This document shows, piece after piece, positions 1 through 9,244 of a stretch of DNA of 64,000 bases. The stretch lies in assembly GCA_965220745.1 (NCBI GenBank), contig CBDCQT010000011.1, forward strand, positions 32,001 to 96,000, read 5' to 3'. Made by a program: the position numbers and the translations under genes. The stretch is from Alphaproteobacteria bacterium. Its GTDB lineage: Bacteria; Pseudomonadota; Alphaproteobacteria; UBA828. The notes under the pieces are model-generated. The model made no database searches. It worked only from the letters and a program-made list of their open reading frames with translations, and was not told where the DNA came from. Every line of letters begins with the position of its first letter. Position 1 is the stretch's first letter.

Positions 1-228
1 TGTGACGGCTGATTGCGGGGGACGACACCTCCAGCTCCTCGGCAGCATGAACCACGCTACCGAGGCGAGCGGTCGCCTCGAACGCGAGCAGCGCGCTGGT
101 GGAGGGAATGCCAGATTTGACGTCTTTCAAGGTGCCTCGCTGGTACCGTCCGATGTCGAGTCCTCTGAAGGTGTGTCGAACGCACCCCCCAATTCGTTGG
201 GTAAACCCTATTCGTCTGGGCGCTCCCT

Positions 229-250
229 GCCGCCTCCCAATTAGGAGGGG
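229..250. promoter_or_regulatory. Palindromic motif copy 1 (GCCGCCTCCCAATTAGGAGGGG), candidate regulator binding site
   Basis: Imperfect inverted repeat CCTCC-N6-GGAGG; 20/22 identical to 1740-1761. Confidence 0.4.
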
Positions 251-313
251 ACTGCAAGAATTGTCAGTAGCATGGACGAGAGCGGAACGTGCCATTGTCA
301 GCAGGCTAGGGTG

Positions 314-1465
314 TCATTGCTGCGCCAGAGGGAGGTCTCCCAACGACATAACCATTTGCACCAGGTCCAATTGACGGGAGATGCCGAGCTTTCCGAATAT
401 ATGCTTTATATGCCAGCGGATGGTGCCTTCGCTCCGCCCCGTCTCGGTGGCGATTTGGCGGATGGTGTATCCCTGAGCCAACATCACCGCCACGTGGCTC
501 TCCGCCGGTGTCAGGCCGAGCAGAGCTTCCACCAGCGCCGGATCGATACGTGCCCGGCTCGCCGGGTCGACCACCAGCACGAGCGCGGCGACGCTGCTGG
601 GACGCATGTCCGTCCGCTCGTCGCTTACGGGCATCGTGTGCAAGACGAGACCGGGCGAAACGACCGAGCGTTTCACTATCATCGTGCCGCTTGCACCTTG
701 GCCACCGAAGCGCGGCAGTGCCCGACCCAATACTTCTTGGAGAGCGGCGTCGTCTGTCGGTGTGCAGGCACACAGAAGACCGTCCCGGTCTGACAATCCA
801 TCGCTCCTGCGCAGAATATCGCGGGCACGGTCGTTCGCGTCCACGATCCGCCCGCGCCGGTCAAGCTGGATGACTCCGAAACGGGTGTTCTCGAGCAACC
901 CGATGACGGACGACCCCAGCGCGCGCGCGCTGACCAGCGACTGCCTGACCCGCACGAACTGACGAATGTGGGGCAGAAGACGCTCGATCGTCTCGATCCG
1001 GGCCGTCAACCAGCCGTCCCTGTCAACGGGATCGGCAGTTTGCCAGCCGATGTGCGAACTACCCGGCCCGTCCAGACGTACGTTGAGACCATTCTGGGTC
1101 TCGCCGAGCGGCATCGCCTCATTGAATGCCGGGGAGGTCTTACGCTCCTGGTCGGTGTAGAGCTCGGCGACACGGACCAGCCGGCTGTCGGGCAACTGCC
1201 TGAATCGAGGCATGCGTTCGTCGCTGGAGTGATAGACGTCGTAGTACAGCCGCTCGAAGTACTCGTTGCGCTCCCCGCGGTAGCAGAACCGTTTGAGGAG
1301 GATTTCGACGTCTTCCCGGGAGCGCCTCTCACCGAACACCAGGAAGTTGCCCTTCGACCCTATGGCCTCGTCGATCAGGCCCGCAGTCGCCGGCCAGTGC
1401 GCGTCGTCGAGCGCTGCTTCGTGCAGCGACCCCAGAATGCGCTCAAACAGCTCTTGACCGCCCAT
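314..1465 (-). CDS. LuxR-type HTH transcriptional regulator with PAS-like sensor region
   Basis: C-terminal LuxR HTH (GLTPAESHVAVMLAQGYTIRQIA...TIRWHIKHIFGKLGISRQ); PAS-like GVIQLDRRGRIVDANDRA. Confidence 0.9.
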   Translation of the reverse strand: MGGQELFERILGSLHEAALDDAHWPATAGLIDEAIGSKGNFLVFGERRSREDVEILLKRFCYRGERNEYFERLYYDVYHSSDERMPRFRQLPDSRLVRVAELYTDQERKTSPAFNEAMPLGETQNGLNVRLDGPGSSHIGWQTADPVDRDGWLTARIETIERLLPHIRQFVRVRQSLVSARALGSSVIGLLENTRFGVIQLDRRGRIVDANDRARDILRRSDGLSDRDGLLCACTPTDDAALQEVLGRALPRFGGQGASGTMIVKRSVVSPGLVLHTMPVSDERTDMRPSSVAALVLVVDPASRARIDPALVEALLGLTPAESHVAVMLAQGYTIRQIATETGRSEGTIRWHIKHIFGKLGISRQLDLVQMVMSLGDLPLAQQ

Positions 1466-1739
1466 GATGGGTCCATTGCGACGGTCTACGTCTGCGCGAT
1501 GCTGATTTGCCGCCGACCTCCGGTCTGTCGGCTTTGGCGGGGGGCAGCATTCAATCTTCGCTCTTGGCGAGCATTATTCTTCTCACCTCCGCCGGGCCGG
1601 CCAGCGACGCTCGCAGCCCCCAGCGGCATGGGCCACAGTCCTGCACCCGTATCGTCCCGTTGCCGGCGAACGGATACAGCGCTCCAACCACGATCGATGG
1701 CTGCGCATCGGACCAATAGTAAGCGGGCGCACGACTAGC

Positions 1740-1761
1740 GCCGCCTCCCAAATGGGAGGGG
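1740..1761. promoter_or_regulatory. Palindromic motif copy 2 (GCCGCCTCCCAAATGGGAGGGG), candidate regulator binding site
   Basis: Inverted repeat CCTCCC-AAAT-GGGAGG upstream of the LuxR gene; near-identical to 229-250. Confidence 0.45.
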
Positions 1762-1850
1762 GAACAGCCAAAATTGGGGGGCCTGCAACTTCGGCACGGG
1801 GATCGGCGTAAAGGGCGCGCGCCGGAGTGAACGGTCCCAGGCTCGGGCGT

Positions 1851-2672
1851 CTAGTGCGACATCAGCACCGGCACGGTCATCTGCCGCAGGATGTCGCGGG
1901 TCACGCCGCCCAGCAGCACCTCGCGCATGCGGTGGTGGCCGTAGCCGCCCATGACGAGGAGGCCCGCCCCGAGGTCGCTGATCTCGGAGAGAAGGGCATC
2001 GCTCGCACCGAGGTCCGACGAGCTGATTGCGTGCCTGGCATCTGTGCTGACGCCGTGACGCGCGAGGTAGGTGCTGACTTCGGCTCCCGGAATGTGCTTG
2101 CCGTCGCCGGTGTCGATACCGAGCACGATCACCTTGCTCGCCTGCTGCAGGAGCGGCAGCGCGTCGGCGAGCGCGCGCCTCGCCTCGCGGGTGCCGTTCC
2201 AGGCGAGCATGACGGTCTCCGCATTCACACTGAAGGAGCCGGCATAGGGCCAGACCAGCACCGGCCCCCCTGCGGCGAGCACCACGCTGTCCGCCAGCCC
2301 TGAGATGCTGTTGTCGTCGTCAGGGTCGGTCTGGCCGACGATGGTGATGTCGGCGTAGTGCGCACTCGTGGTGACGCCATCGACTGGGTCCCCCGTCAGC
2401 AGGCGCCATTCGGACGGCACTATCGACTTCGCCATCCGTTCGGAGAATTGCCGCTCGGCATCTTCGGCGGCCGCCCGCTGTTCCGTATCCAGACGCTTGT
2501 AGACCTCCGTGGAGAGCTCGAAGCTCGCGAAACCGGGGACGACGAGACGAGGCAGCACGTAGACGCCGGTCACCCTGCCTTCGTGTCTTTCAGCCAGCTC
2601 GATCGCCGCCTCCAACCGCACCTGCGAGCGCTTATCCTGAGCCAGATGAACGACGATGTCCTTGTACGCCAT
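1851..2672 (-). CDS. Universal stress protein (tandem USP domains)
   Basis: MAYKDIVVHL N-terminus; C-terminal LLVMGGYGHHRMREVLLGGVTRDIL...VPVLMSH USP motif; GGAGG RBS upstream of ATG at 2672. Confidence 0.92.
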   Translation of the reverse strand: MAYKDIVVHLAQDKRSQVRLEAAIELAERHEGRVTGVYVLPRLVVPGFASFELSTEVYKRLDTEQRAAAEDAERQFSERMAKSIVPSEWRLLTGDPVDGVTTSAHYADITIVGQTDPDDDNSISGLADSVVLAAGGPVLVWPYAGSFSVNAETVMLAWNGTREARRALADALPLLQQASKVIVLGIDTGDGKHIPGAEVSTYLARHGVSTDARHAISSSDLGASDALLSEISDLGAGLLVMGGYGHHRMREVLLGGVTRDILRQMTVPVLMSH

Positions 2673-2800
2673 GATCAAGCCTCCTTCTCCGTACCGGCCC
2701 GTGCGTGACACCCGAGCCATGGAGCGCAAGTCAGCCTAACGGGGTGACTGAGGGCGCGGTTTGACATGGGTCATTCCAGCCGCCGGCACGCGCCTCATTC

Positions 2801-3082
2801 CTAGTGCGCCATCAGCACCGGCACGGTCGTCTCGCACAGGATGTCGTGCGTGACGCCGCCGAACAGCCTCTCGCGCAGGCGGTGGTGGCCGTAGCCGCCC
2901 ATAACGAGGAGGCCGATGCCGTGATCGCCGATCTCGGAGAGCAGGACATCGCCCGTGTGGATGCCGAAGGAGGCCTGCGTGTGCCGAGCCTCCGCCCTGA
3001 CCCCATGGTGCGCCAGATGCGTGCTGATGTCGGCGCCGGGTATGTGCTTGCCGTCGGACCTGTCGACGCCGAAGACGATTAC
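2801..3082 (-). pseudogene. Truncated USP paralog (C-terminal ~93 codons only)
   Basis: Closely matches the C-terminus of 1851-2672 (DGKHIPGA, LLVMGGYGHHR, TVPVLM.H) but lacks the N-terminal two thirds. Confidence 0.7.
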
Positions 3083-3185
3083 GGGCACGGCAGGGCTGAC
3101 GCGGGCGCGAACGGCGGTCGGCGGCCGGCGGACGTCGTTCCCACGTCTGTCGTGCTCGCCGCCAAGCCGTCATCTGCCGTGCCCG
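3082..3185. repeat. Inverted-repeat element with perfect 12-bp termini (CGGGCACGGCAG / CTGCCGTGCCCG)
   Basis: 3082-3093 is the exact reverse complement of 3174-3185; interior is partly self-complementary. Confidence 0.55.
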
Positions 3186-3271
3186 CTCGTTGTCCCCTCT
3201 CCCCGACATGGTGAGGGGGGAACATCGGCGCAAGGCCGGGACGATCAAGGTCGTGGTGAGTACACCGCCGG

Positions 3272-3736
3272 TTACGCCGGCGCGTCGCGAGAGGGGACTT
3301 GGGCGAGAGCCCGGCCGGCAAGCACGGTCCGCTCGGCGACGGAGCACGTGGTCTCGAACTCGACGCGCCGGCGCTCCGGGATCAGGCGGTCCACCACGGC
3401 CCGCGCCACCACCTCGTCGCCGGGCCTGACCGGCGCCGTGAATCGGAGAGACTGCGACAGGTAGATGCAGCCCGGCCCCGGCATCCGGGTGCCGATGACC
3501 GTGGAAATCAATGCTGCAGTGCACATGCCGTGCACGATCCGGCCGCCGAAGCGCGACTGCTCGGCGAAGTCGTCGTCGAAGTGGAGCGGGTTGGTGTCGC
3601 CTGTCAGATCTGCGAAGAGCCGCATCTCCTCGTCGTTGATAATGCGCCCGTATTCCGCACTCATGCCAATCTTCAAGTCCTCGAAGAAATAACCGAATTG
3701 GGCATCGCCCGTGGCCGCCTGGGCCGCCTGCTCCAT
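3272..3736 (-). CDS. MaoC-family (R)-specific enoyl-CoA hydratase/dehydratase
   Basis: FADLTGDTNPLHFD hydratase-2 motif, FGGRIVHGM, PGPGCIYLSQSLRFTAPV. Confidence 0.92.
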   Translation of the reverse strand: MEQAAQAATGDAQFGYFFEDLKIGMSAEYGRIINDEEMRLFADLTGDTNPLHFDDDFAEQSRFGGRIVHGMCTAALISTVIGTRMPGPGCIYLSQSLRFTAPVRPGDEVVARAVVDRLIPERRRVEFETTCSVAERTVLAGRALAQVPSRDAPA

Positions 3737-3944
3737 GACTGAGTTCCCTCCTCCCGTATTGCCGAGCGGCGGATTGTGCGGTGCAACAAGGCCCGTGGCA
3801 AGCGCCCCACGATACTTGCCGGCTGGCGGCAGGGGCGCCCCACCGCGCCCGCTCTGTTCGGGCGGGCGCCCGTTCGGTATATGTGGCGCTCCGGCGGGGG
3901 CGGCGTCGTTCGCCTGCGGCGCGGCAATGAGGGGAGGAGAACCG

Positions 3945-5480
3945 ATGGCCAAGTTTCCGACGGTGCGCACACCGACGATCGAGGAGGTCCTCGACATCGC
4001 CGAGGGCTACGGCATGACCATCACGGTCGAGGACGCGGAATCGTTCCAGGGCCTCATGGCGGGCACGATCGCGTCGTATCACCGGCTCGACGATCTCGAC
4101 GAGCCGAAGCTGCCCGTGAAGTATCCGCGCAGCACCGGCTACCGGCCGCCGCCGGAGGAGAACCCCTACAACGCCTGGTACTGGAAGTCCGAGGTCAAGG
4201 GCGCCAGCAGAGGGCCGCTCAAGGGCAAGAAGGTCGCGCTCAAGGACAACATCTGCCTCGCCGGCGTCCCGATGATGAACGGCGCTACGGTGCTCGAGGG
4301 CTACGTGCCCGATGTCGACGCCACCGTGGTGACCCGCATCCTCGATGCCGGCGGCACCATCGTCGGCAAGGCCGCCAACACCTATCTCTGCTTCGACGGC
4401 GGCAGCGCGACCACCGCCACCGGCATGGTCGATAACCCGCACAAGAGGGGCCATACCTGCGGCGGCTCGTCCGCCGGCAGCGGCGTGCTGGTCCTCACCG
4501 GCGAGGCGGACATGGCACTCGGCGGCGACCAGGGCGGCTCGATCCGCATGCCGGCCTGCTGGAGCGGCATTTACGGGCACAAGCCTACGCACGGCCTGGT
4601 GCCTTACACCGGCATCTTCCCCATCGAGATGACGCTCGACCACACCGGCCCCATGGCGCGCTCGGTGAGCGACGTGGCGGCCCTGCTCCAGGTCATCGCC
4701 GGCCCCGACGGGCAGGACCCCCGCCAGATCGGCACCAAGACCCAGCGCTACACGAGCGCCGTGGACAAGGGCGCAGACGGCATGAAGATCGGCGTCGTCA
4801 AGGAGGGCTTCGGCCATCCCGAGAGCGAGGACGCCGTCGACAGCTGCGTCAGCGCGGCGGTCCGGCGCTTTGCCGAACTCGGCGCCACGGTAGACGAGAT
4901 ATCGATCCCCATGCACCTGGACGGGCCGCACATCTGGAACGGCATCGCCGTCGAGGGCGCGACCGCGCTGATGCTGAAGGGCAACGCCTTCGGCACCAAC
5001 TGGGAGGGCTACTACACCACCTCGCTGATGGACGCCTACGCGCGCGGCTGGCGCTCGCGGCCGGACGATCTCTCCGAGACCGTGAAGTACGTCATGATGC
5101 TCGGCGAGTTCATGCACCGCGAGTACCACGGCCGCTACTATGCCAAGGCGCAGAACCTGAGCCGCCGGCTGCGCGAGACCTACGACGCGGCGCTCGCGGA
5201 ATACGACGTGCTCGCGATGCCGACGCTGCCGATGCTGGCGACCAAGCTGCCGGAGCCGGACTGCTCGCGCGAGGAGTACGTAGACGCCGCGCTCAACATG
5301 CTGGCGAACACCTGCCCGTTTGACGCGACGGGCCACCCGGCCATGACGGTGCCCTGCGGCAAGGCGGACGATTCGCCCATCGGCTTGATGCTGATCGGCA
5401 AGCGCTATGACGATGCGACCGTGATCCAGGCCGGCGGCGCCTTCGAGAGCCTCGGCGTCTACACGGTTTCGACCGTATAG
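3945..5480 (+). CDS. Amidase (amidase signature family, aliphatic/enantioselective amidase type)
   Basis: KDN Lys, GGSSAGS, GGDQGGSIRMP catalytic Ser motifs; ENPYNAWY N-terminal block; GGAGGAG RBS before ATG 3945. Confidence 0.93.
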   Translation: MAKFPTVRTPTIEEVLDIAEGYGMTITVEDAESFQGLMAGTIASYHRLDDLDEPKLPVKYPRSTGYRPPPEENPYNAWYWKSEVKGASRGPLKGKKVALKDNICLAGVPMMNGATVLEGYVPDVDATVVTRILDAGGTIVGKAANTYLCFDGGSATTATGMVDNPHKRGHTCGGSSAGSGVLVLTGEADMALGGDQGGSIRMPACWSGIYGHKPTHGLVPYTGIFPIEMTLDHTGPMARSVSDVAALLQVIAGPDGQDPRQIGTKTQRYTSAVDKGADGMKIGVVKEGFGHPESEDAVDSCVSAAVRRFAELGATVDEISIPMHLDGPHIWNGIAVEGATALMLKGNAFGTNWEGYYTTSLMDAYARGWRSRPDDLSETVKYVMMLGEFMHREYHGRYYAKAQNLSRRLRETYDAALAEYDVLAMPTLPMLATKLPEPDCSREEYVDAALNMLANTCPFDATGHPAMTVPCGKADDSPIGLMLIGKRYDDATVIQAGGAFESLGVYTVSTV

Positions 5481-5518
5481 CCCGTACCGAGCAGCCGGCC
5501 CTGCTGGCAGCCCATCTC

Positions 5519-5553
5519 AAGGGGCGCCTCCCATCGCGGGCGGCGCCCCTTTC
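5519..5553 (+). terminator. Putative intrinsic terminator after amidase
   Basis: AAGGGGCGCC...GGCGCCCCTT stem followed by a short pyrimidine tract. Confidence 0.5.
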
Positions 5554-5588
5554 TCTCGCTCCAGTCACGGCCCGCAGCGCGCGGGCAC

Positions 5589-5799
5589 GTGGGATGAGAG
5601 ACAAAACTCTTGCCGGGATTCGCCGGGATCGACCGGGATTAAGTGGGATAAGCGGGATAAGCGAGACAGGTGGGACACGCGGGATGGAGCGAGATGAACC
5701 GGGACAAGTGGGATCGAGCGAGACAAGCGGGATGCAGCGGGATGAGTGGGATCGAGTGGGATTGAGTGGGATGAGCGAGACAGGCGGGACAGGTGGGAT
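5589..5799. repeat. Degenerate tandem array, ~21 copies of SYGRGAY with 9-10 bp period
   Basis: Units GTGGGAT, CCGGGAT, GCGGGAT, GCGAGAC, GTGGGAC separated by 2-3 nt. Confidence 0.9.
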
Positions 5800-5937
5800 G
5801 CCGCAGGGCGGACGGCGCTGCCCTCGGGCGCCGCGCGCCCGCCTGTCCCGCCCGTTGCGGCCCGTTCGCCCCCGCACCTCATGGCCCAATGATGGCGCAC
5901 GCGCCGCGCGCACTGCACCGCACCATGGTCCGGGGCG

Positions 5938-6342
5938 TCAGCCGATGACGGCGGTGGCCTCCACCTCGCAGCGGACATCGGGCGAATAGAGGGCCTGGAC
6001 GCCCATCAGTGTCATCGAGGGCGGCGTGTGGCCCTCGAAGAGCTTCCTGTTGGCTTCGTTCACCACCTCGCCTTCCTCGAAACGGTAGTTGGCGACGTAG
6101 GTGTTGAGCCGGACGATATCCGCCACCGTCCCGCCGGCCTCGGCGAGCACGCGCCGGATGTTCTCGTGCGCCTGGGCGAGCTGAGCCGCGAGGTCCGGTC
6201 CCACCGACTCGCTGTTCGCGTTCCAGCCGACCTGGCCCGAGAGATAGATGGTCTTGCCGCCCTCGGCCACCACCGCGTGGCTGAGGCCGTAGGTCAGATA
6301 GTCCGGCACGTTGTCCGGGTTGATGTGGGTGAACTTGGCCAT
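5938..6342 (-). CDS. RidA/YjgF family protein
   Basis: IYLSGQVG, NIRRVLAEAGGTVADIVRLNTY, PDVRCEVEATAV. Confidence 0.9.
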   Translation of the reverse strand: MAKFTHINPDNVPDYLTYGLSHAVVAEGGKTIYLSGQVGWNANSESVGPDLAAQLAQAHENIRRVLAEAGGTVADIVRLNTYVANYRFEEGEVVNEANRKLFEGHTPPSMTLMGVQALYSPDVRCEVEATAVIG

Positions 6343-6381
6343 GGGGCCCTCCGTCGTTGCGGCCGGGCGCGGGGCGGCGCC

Positions 6382-8076
6382 TCAGGCGGTCTTCTGCTCC
6401 GCGAGATTGAGCTCTTCGATCATGGTCTCGCGCATCTTGAACTTCTGGATCTTGCCGGTGACGGTCATCGGGAACTCGTCCACGAAGCGCACGTAGCGCG
6501 GCACCTTGAAGTGGGCGATCTGGTCCTTGCAGAAGGCCTTGATCTCGTCCGCGTTCGCGTTTTCCCCGTCGCGCAGCTTGATCCAGGCGCAAAGCTCCTC
6601 GCCGTACTTCTCATCAGGCACGCCGATCACCTGCACGTCCTGCACCTTGGGGTGACGGTAGAGGAACTCCTCGATCTCGCGCGGATAGACGTTCTCGCCG
6701 CCGCGGATGACCATGTCCTTGATGCGGCCGACGATATTGCAGTAGCCCTCGGCGTCGATGGTGGCCTGGTCGCCGGTGTGCATCCAGCCGGCACCGTCGA
6801 TCGCCTCCTGGGTCTTGTCCTCGTCGTTCCAGTAACCGCGCATGACCGAGTAGCCGCGCGTGAGCAGCTCGCCGGTCTCGCCGCTGGGCACGACCTTGCC
6901 GTCCTGGTTCACGACCTTGACCTCGACGTGGGGGTGCACCCGGCCGACGGTGGAGACTCGGCGCTCGATCGGATCGTCGGTCGCCGACTGGAAGCTCACC
7001 GGGCTGGTCTCCGTCATGCCGTAGGCGATGGTCACCTCTTCCATGTGCATCTCGCCGATCACGCGGCGCATGACCTCGATCGGGCAGGGCGAGCCCGCCA
7101 TCGTGCCGGTCCGGAGCGAGGAGAGATCGAAGCCCGCGAACTCGGGATGGTCGAGCTCGGCGATGAACATGGTGGGCACGCCGTAGAGCACCGTGCAGCG
7201 CTCTGCCTCGACCGCGCGCAGAACCTCCAGCGGGTCGAAGGCCTCGCTCGGGTAGACCATGGTCGCGCCGAACGCGGCCGACATCAGGTTGCCCATGACC
7301 ATGCCGAAGCAGTGGTAGAGCGGCACCGGGATGCACACCCGGTCGCGCTCGCTCAAGCCCAGCGTCACGCCGTTGAAGTAGCCGTTGTTGAGGATGTTGT
7401 GGTGGCTGAGCGTCGCCCCCTTGGGGAAGCCCGTGGTGCCGCTGGTGAATTGGATGTTGATGGGGTCGTCGAACTGCAGCCGATCGCCCAGCGCCTGCAG
7501 CCGGTCGCGCTCCGCCGTGCCCGCAAGCCCCGGCACCTCGGCAAAGTTGTACATGCCGGCGGTGGTCTCTGTGCCGAGGCGCACCACCGTCTCCAGATGC
7601 GGCAGCGTCGCAGCTTTCAGCGCGCCGGGGCGGGCACTGTCGAGCTCCGGCGCGAGCCTGCGCAGCATCTCGATGTAGCGGCTCGACTTGAAGGCTTCCG
7701 CCGTGACCAGCGCCCGGCACTCCACCTTGTTCAGCGCGTATTCCAGCTCGGCCAGGCGATAGGCGGGGTTGATGTTGACCAGGATCAGCCCGGCCTTCGC
7801 CGCGGCGAACTGCGTCACCGCCCACTCGCTGTTGTTGGGCGACCAGATGCCGATGCGATCGCCGGGCTCCAGGCCGAGCGCAAGCAGGCCGGCGGCGAAC
7901 GCGTCCACCTTCTCCGTGAGCGTGCCGTATTGCCAGCGCACGTCCTGGTGCGCGACCACCAGCGCCTCGTTGTCGGGGAAGCGCGCTGCGGTCCGGTCGA
8001 GCTGCGCGCCGATGGTGAGGCCGAGCAGCGGCTGCCCGCTCGCACCGCTCACGTAGCTCATGCCCTGCGGCGTCAT
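6382..8076 (-). CDS. AMP-binding acyl-CoA synthetase
   Basis: [13 protein letters not shown]-loop, [38 protein letters not shown]. Confidence 0.95.
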   Translation of the reverse strand: MTPQGMSYVSGASGQPLLGLTIGAQLDRTAARFPDNEALVVAHQDVRWQYGTLTEKVDAFAAGLLALGLEPGDRIGIWSPNNSEWAVTQFAAAKAGLILVNINPAYRLAELEYALNKVECRALVTAEAFKSSRYIEMLRRLAPELDSARPGALKAATLPHLETVVRLGTETTAGMYNFAEVPGLAGTAERDRLQALGDRLQFDDPINIQFTSGTTGFPKGATLSHHNILNNGYFNGVTLGLSERDRVCIPVPLYHCFGMVMGNLMSAAFGATMVYPSEAFDPLEVLRAVEAERCTVLYGVPTMFIAELDHPEFAGFDLSSLRTGTMAGSPCPIEVMRRVIGEMHMEEVTIAYGMTETSPVSFQSATDDPIERRVSTVGRVHPHVEVKVVNQDGKVVPSGETGELLTRGYSVMRGYWNDEDKTQEAIDGAGWMHTGDQATIDAEGYCNIVGRIKDMVIRGGENVYPREIEEFLYRHPKVQDVQVIGVPDEKYGEELCAWIKLRDGENANADEIKAFCKDQIAHFKVPRYVRFVDEFPMTVTGKIQKFKMRETMIEELNLAEQKTA

Positions 8077-8129
8077 TGTCCGTCCCTACCTCGTCCGGGC
8101 TGCCCGCCGCCGCGGGCAGGGAGCGCCGG

Positions 8130-8202
<73 letters not shown>

Positions 8203-8278
8203 TTGGGCCAGCACGCGGGCCTGTGTATAGGGCACGGCGCGGCGGCTGTCTACGCGCCGGGCGCGGTCGTGGACAGGG

Positions 8279-9244
8279 TCAAACGGCGAGATACTGCGCG
8301 GCGACGAAGGCGGCGTAACCGAGCAGCAGGAGCACGCCAAAGAGCCGTCCCAGCCTGAGCCCTGAGAGCATCGTCGCGATCACGAGGCCGGTGACCCCCG
8401 CCAGCACCCAGATGTCGACGTGCCTGATCTCGTCGGGCACCGGCAGCGGCGTCACCACGGTCACGACGCCCAGGATCGCAAGGATGTTGAACACGCTGGA
8501 GCCGATCACGTTGCCGATCGCGACCTCGGCGTGCTTGCGATAGGCCGCCACCACGGTGGTCGCAAGCTCCGGCAGCGAGGTGCCGACCGCCACGACCGTG
8601 ATGCCGATCACGGTCTCGGTGATGCCGAGGCCGCGCGCGATGATCGTGGCGGCGCCGACCATCAGGTGGGCGCCGAAGCTGACGCCGGCGAGGCCGAGCA
8701 ACGCAGCGAGCACGGCGAGCCAGATGGGCCTCGGCAGGTGCAGGCGCTCCTCGGCCTCCTGGCTGTGGCGGCCGCCGGTCGCGTTGCCGAGCCGGCGCTC
8801 ATGCCAATAGGAGGCGACGGTGAGCACCCCGAGCAGCACCAGCATCAGCGCACCCTGCCAGGCGACAAGGGTGCCGAACGAGACGAAGACGACGAGCAGC
8901 GCGGTCGCCCCGATCAGCGTCGCGCCGTCCCGCACCGCCGCCTGCCGCGACACCATGACCGGCGTGATCGCGACGGCGAGGCCGAAGATGAGAAGCAGGT
9001 TGGCGATGTTGCTGCCGATCACGTTGCCGAAGGCGATGCCGGTCGAGCCCCTGAGCGCGGCCTGCAGGGTGACCACCAGCTCCGGCATCGAGGTGCCGAA
9101 GGCCACGACCGTGGCCCCGATGAGCAACGGCGAGACGTTCAACCGCCGAGCGAGCGCGACCGAGCCTCGCACCAGCGCCTCACCGCCCACGAAGAGCAGA
9201 ATGAACCCGCCGATGAGTTGGATATGGGTCAGCGGGTCGAGCAT
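8279..9244 (-). CDS. Calcium/sodium antiporter (CaCA family, YrbG-like)
   Basis: Two alpha repeats GTSMPEL...GNVIGSNIAN and GTSLPEL...GNVIGSSVFN; hydrophobic. Confidence 0.93.
   Translation of the reverse strand: MLDPLTHIQLIGGFILLFVGGEALVRGSVALARRLNVSPLLIGATVVAFGTSMPELVVTLQAALRGSTGIAFGNVIGSNIANLLLIFGLAVAITPVMVSRQAAVRDGATLIGATALLVVFVSFGTLVAWQGALMLVLLGVLTVASYWHERRLGNATGGRHSQEAEERLHLPRPIWLAVLAALLGLAGVSFGAHLMVGAATIIARGLGITETVIGITVVAVGTSLPELATTVVAAYRKHAEVAIGNVIGSSVFNILAILGVVTVVTPLPVPDEIRHVDIWVLAGVTGLVIATMLSGLRLGRLFGVLLLLGYAAFVAAQYLAV

Noticed and set aside
1-300. Short ORFs at the window start
   Set aside because: No family motifs, and context is cut off by the window edge.
3191-3225. TGTCCCCTCTCCCC...GGTGAGGGGGGAACA hairpin as a distinct element
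   Set aside because: Looks like a degenerate common REP-like or terminator hairpin; single copy here.
5589-5799. CRISPR array or repeat-protein CDS (ORFs 5293-5913, 5565-5978, 5594-5989)
   Set aside because: Units are 9-10 bp with no unique 30-40 bp spacers and no cas genes; the mixed period gives only low-complexity translations.
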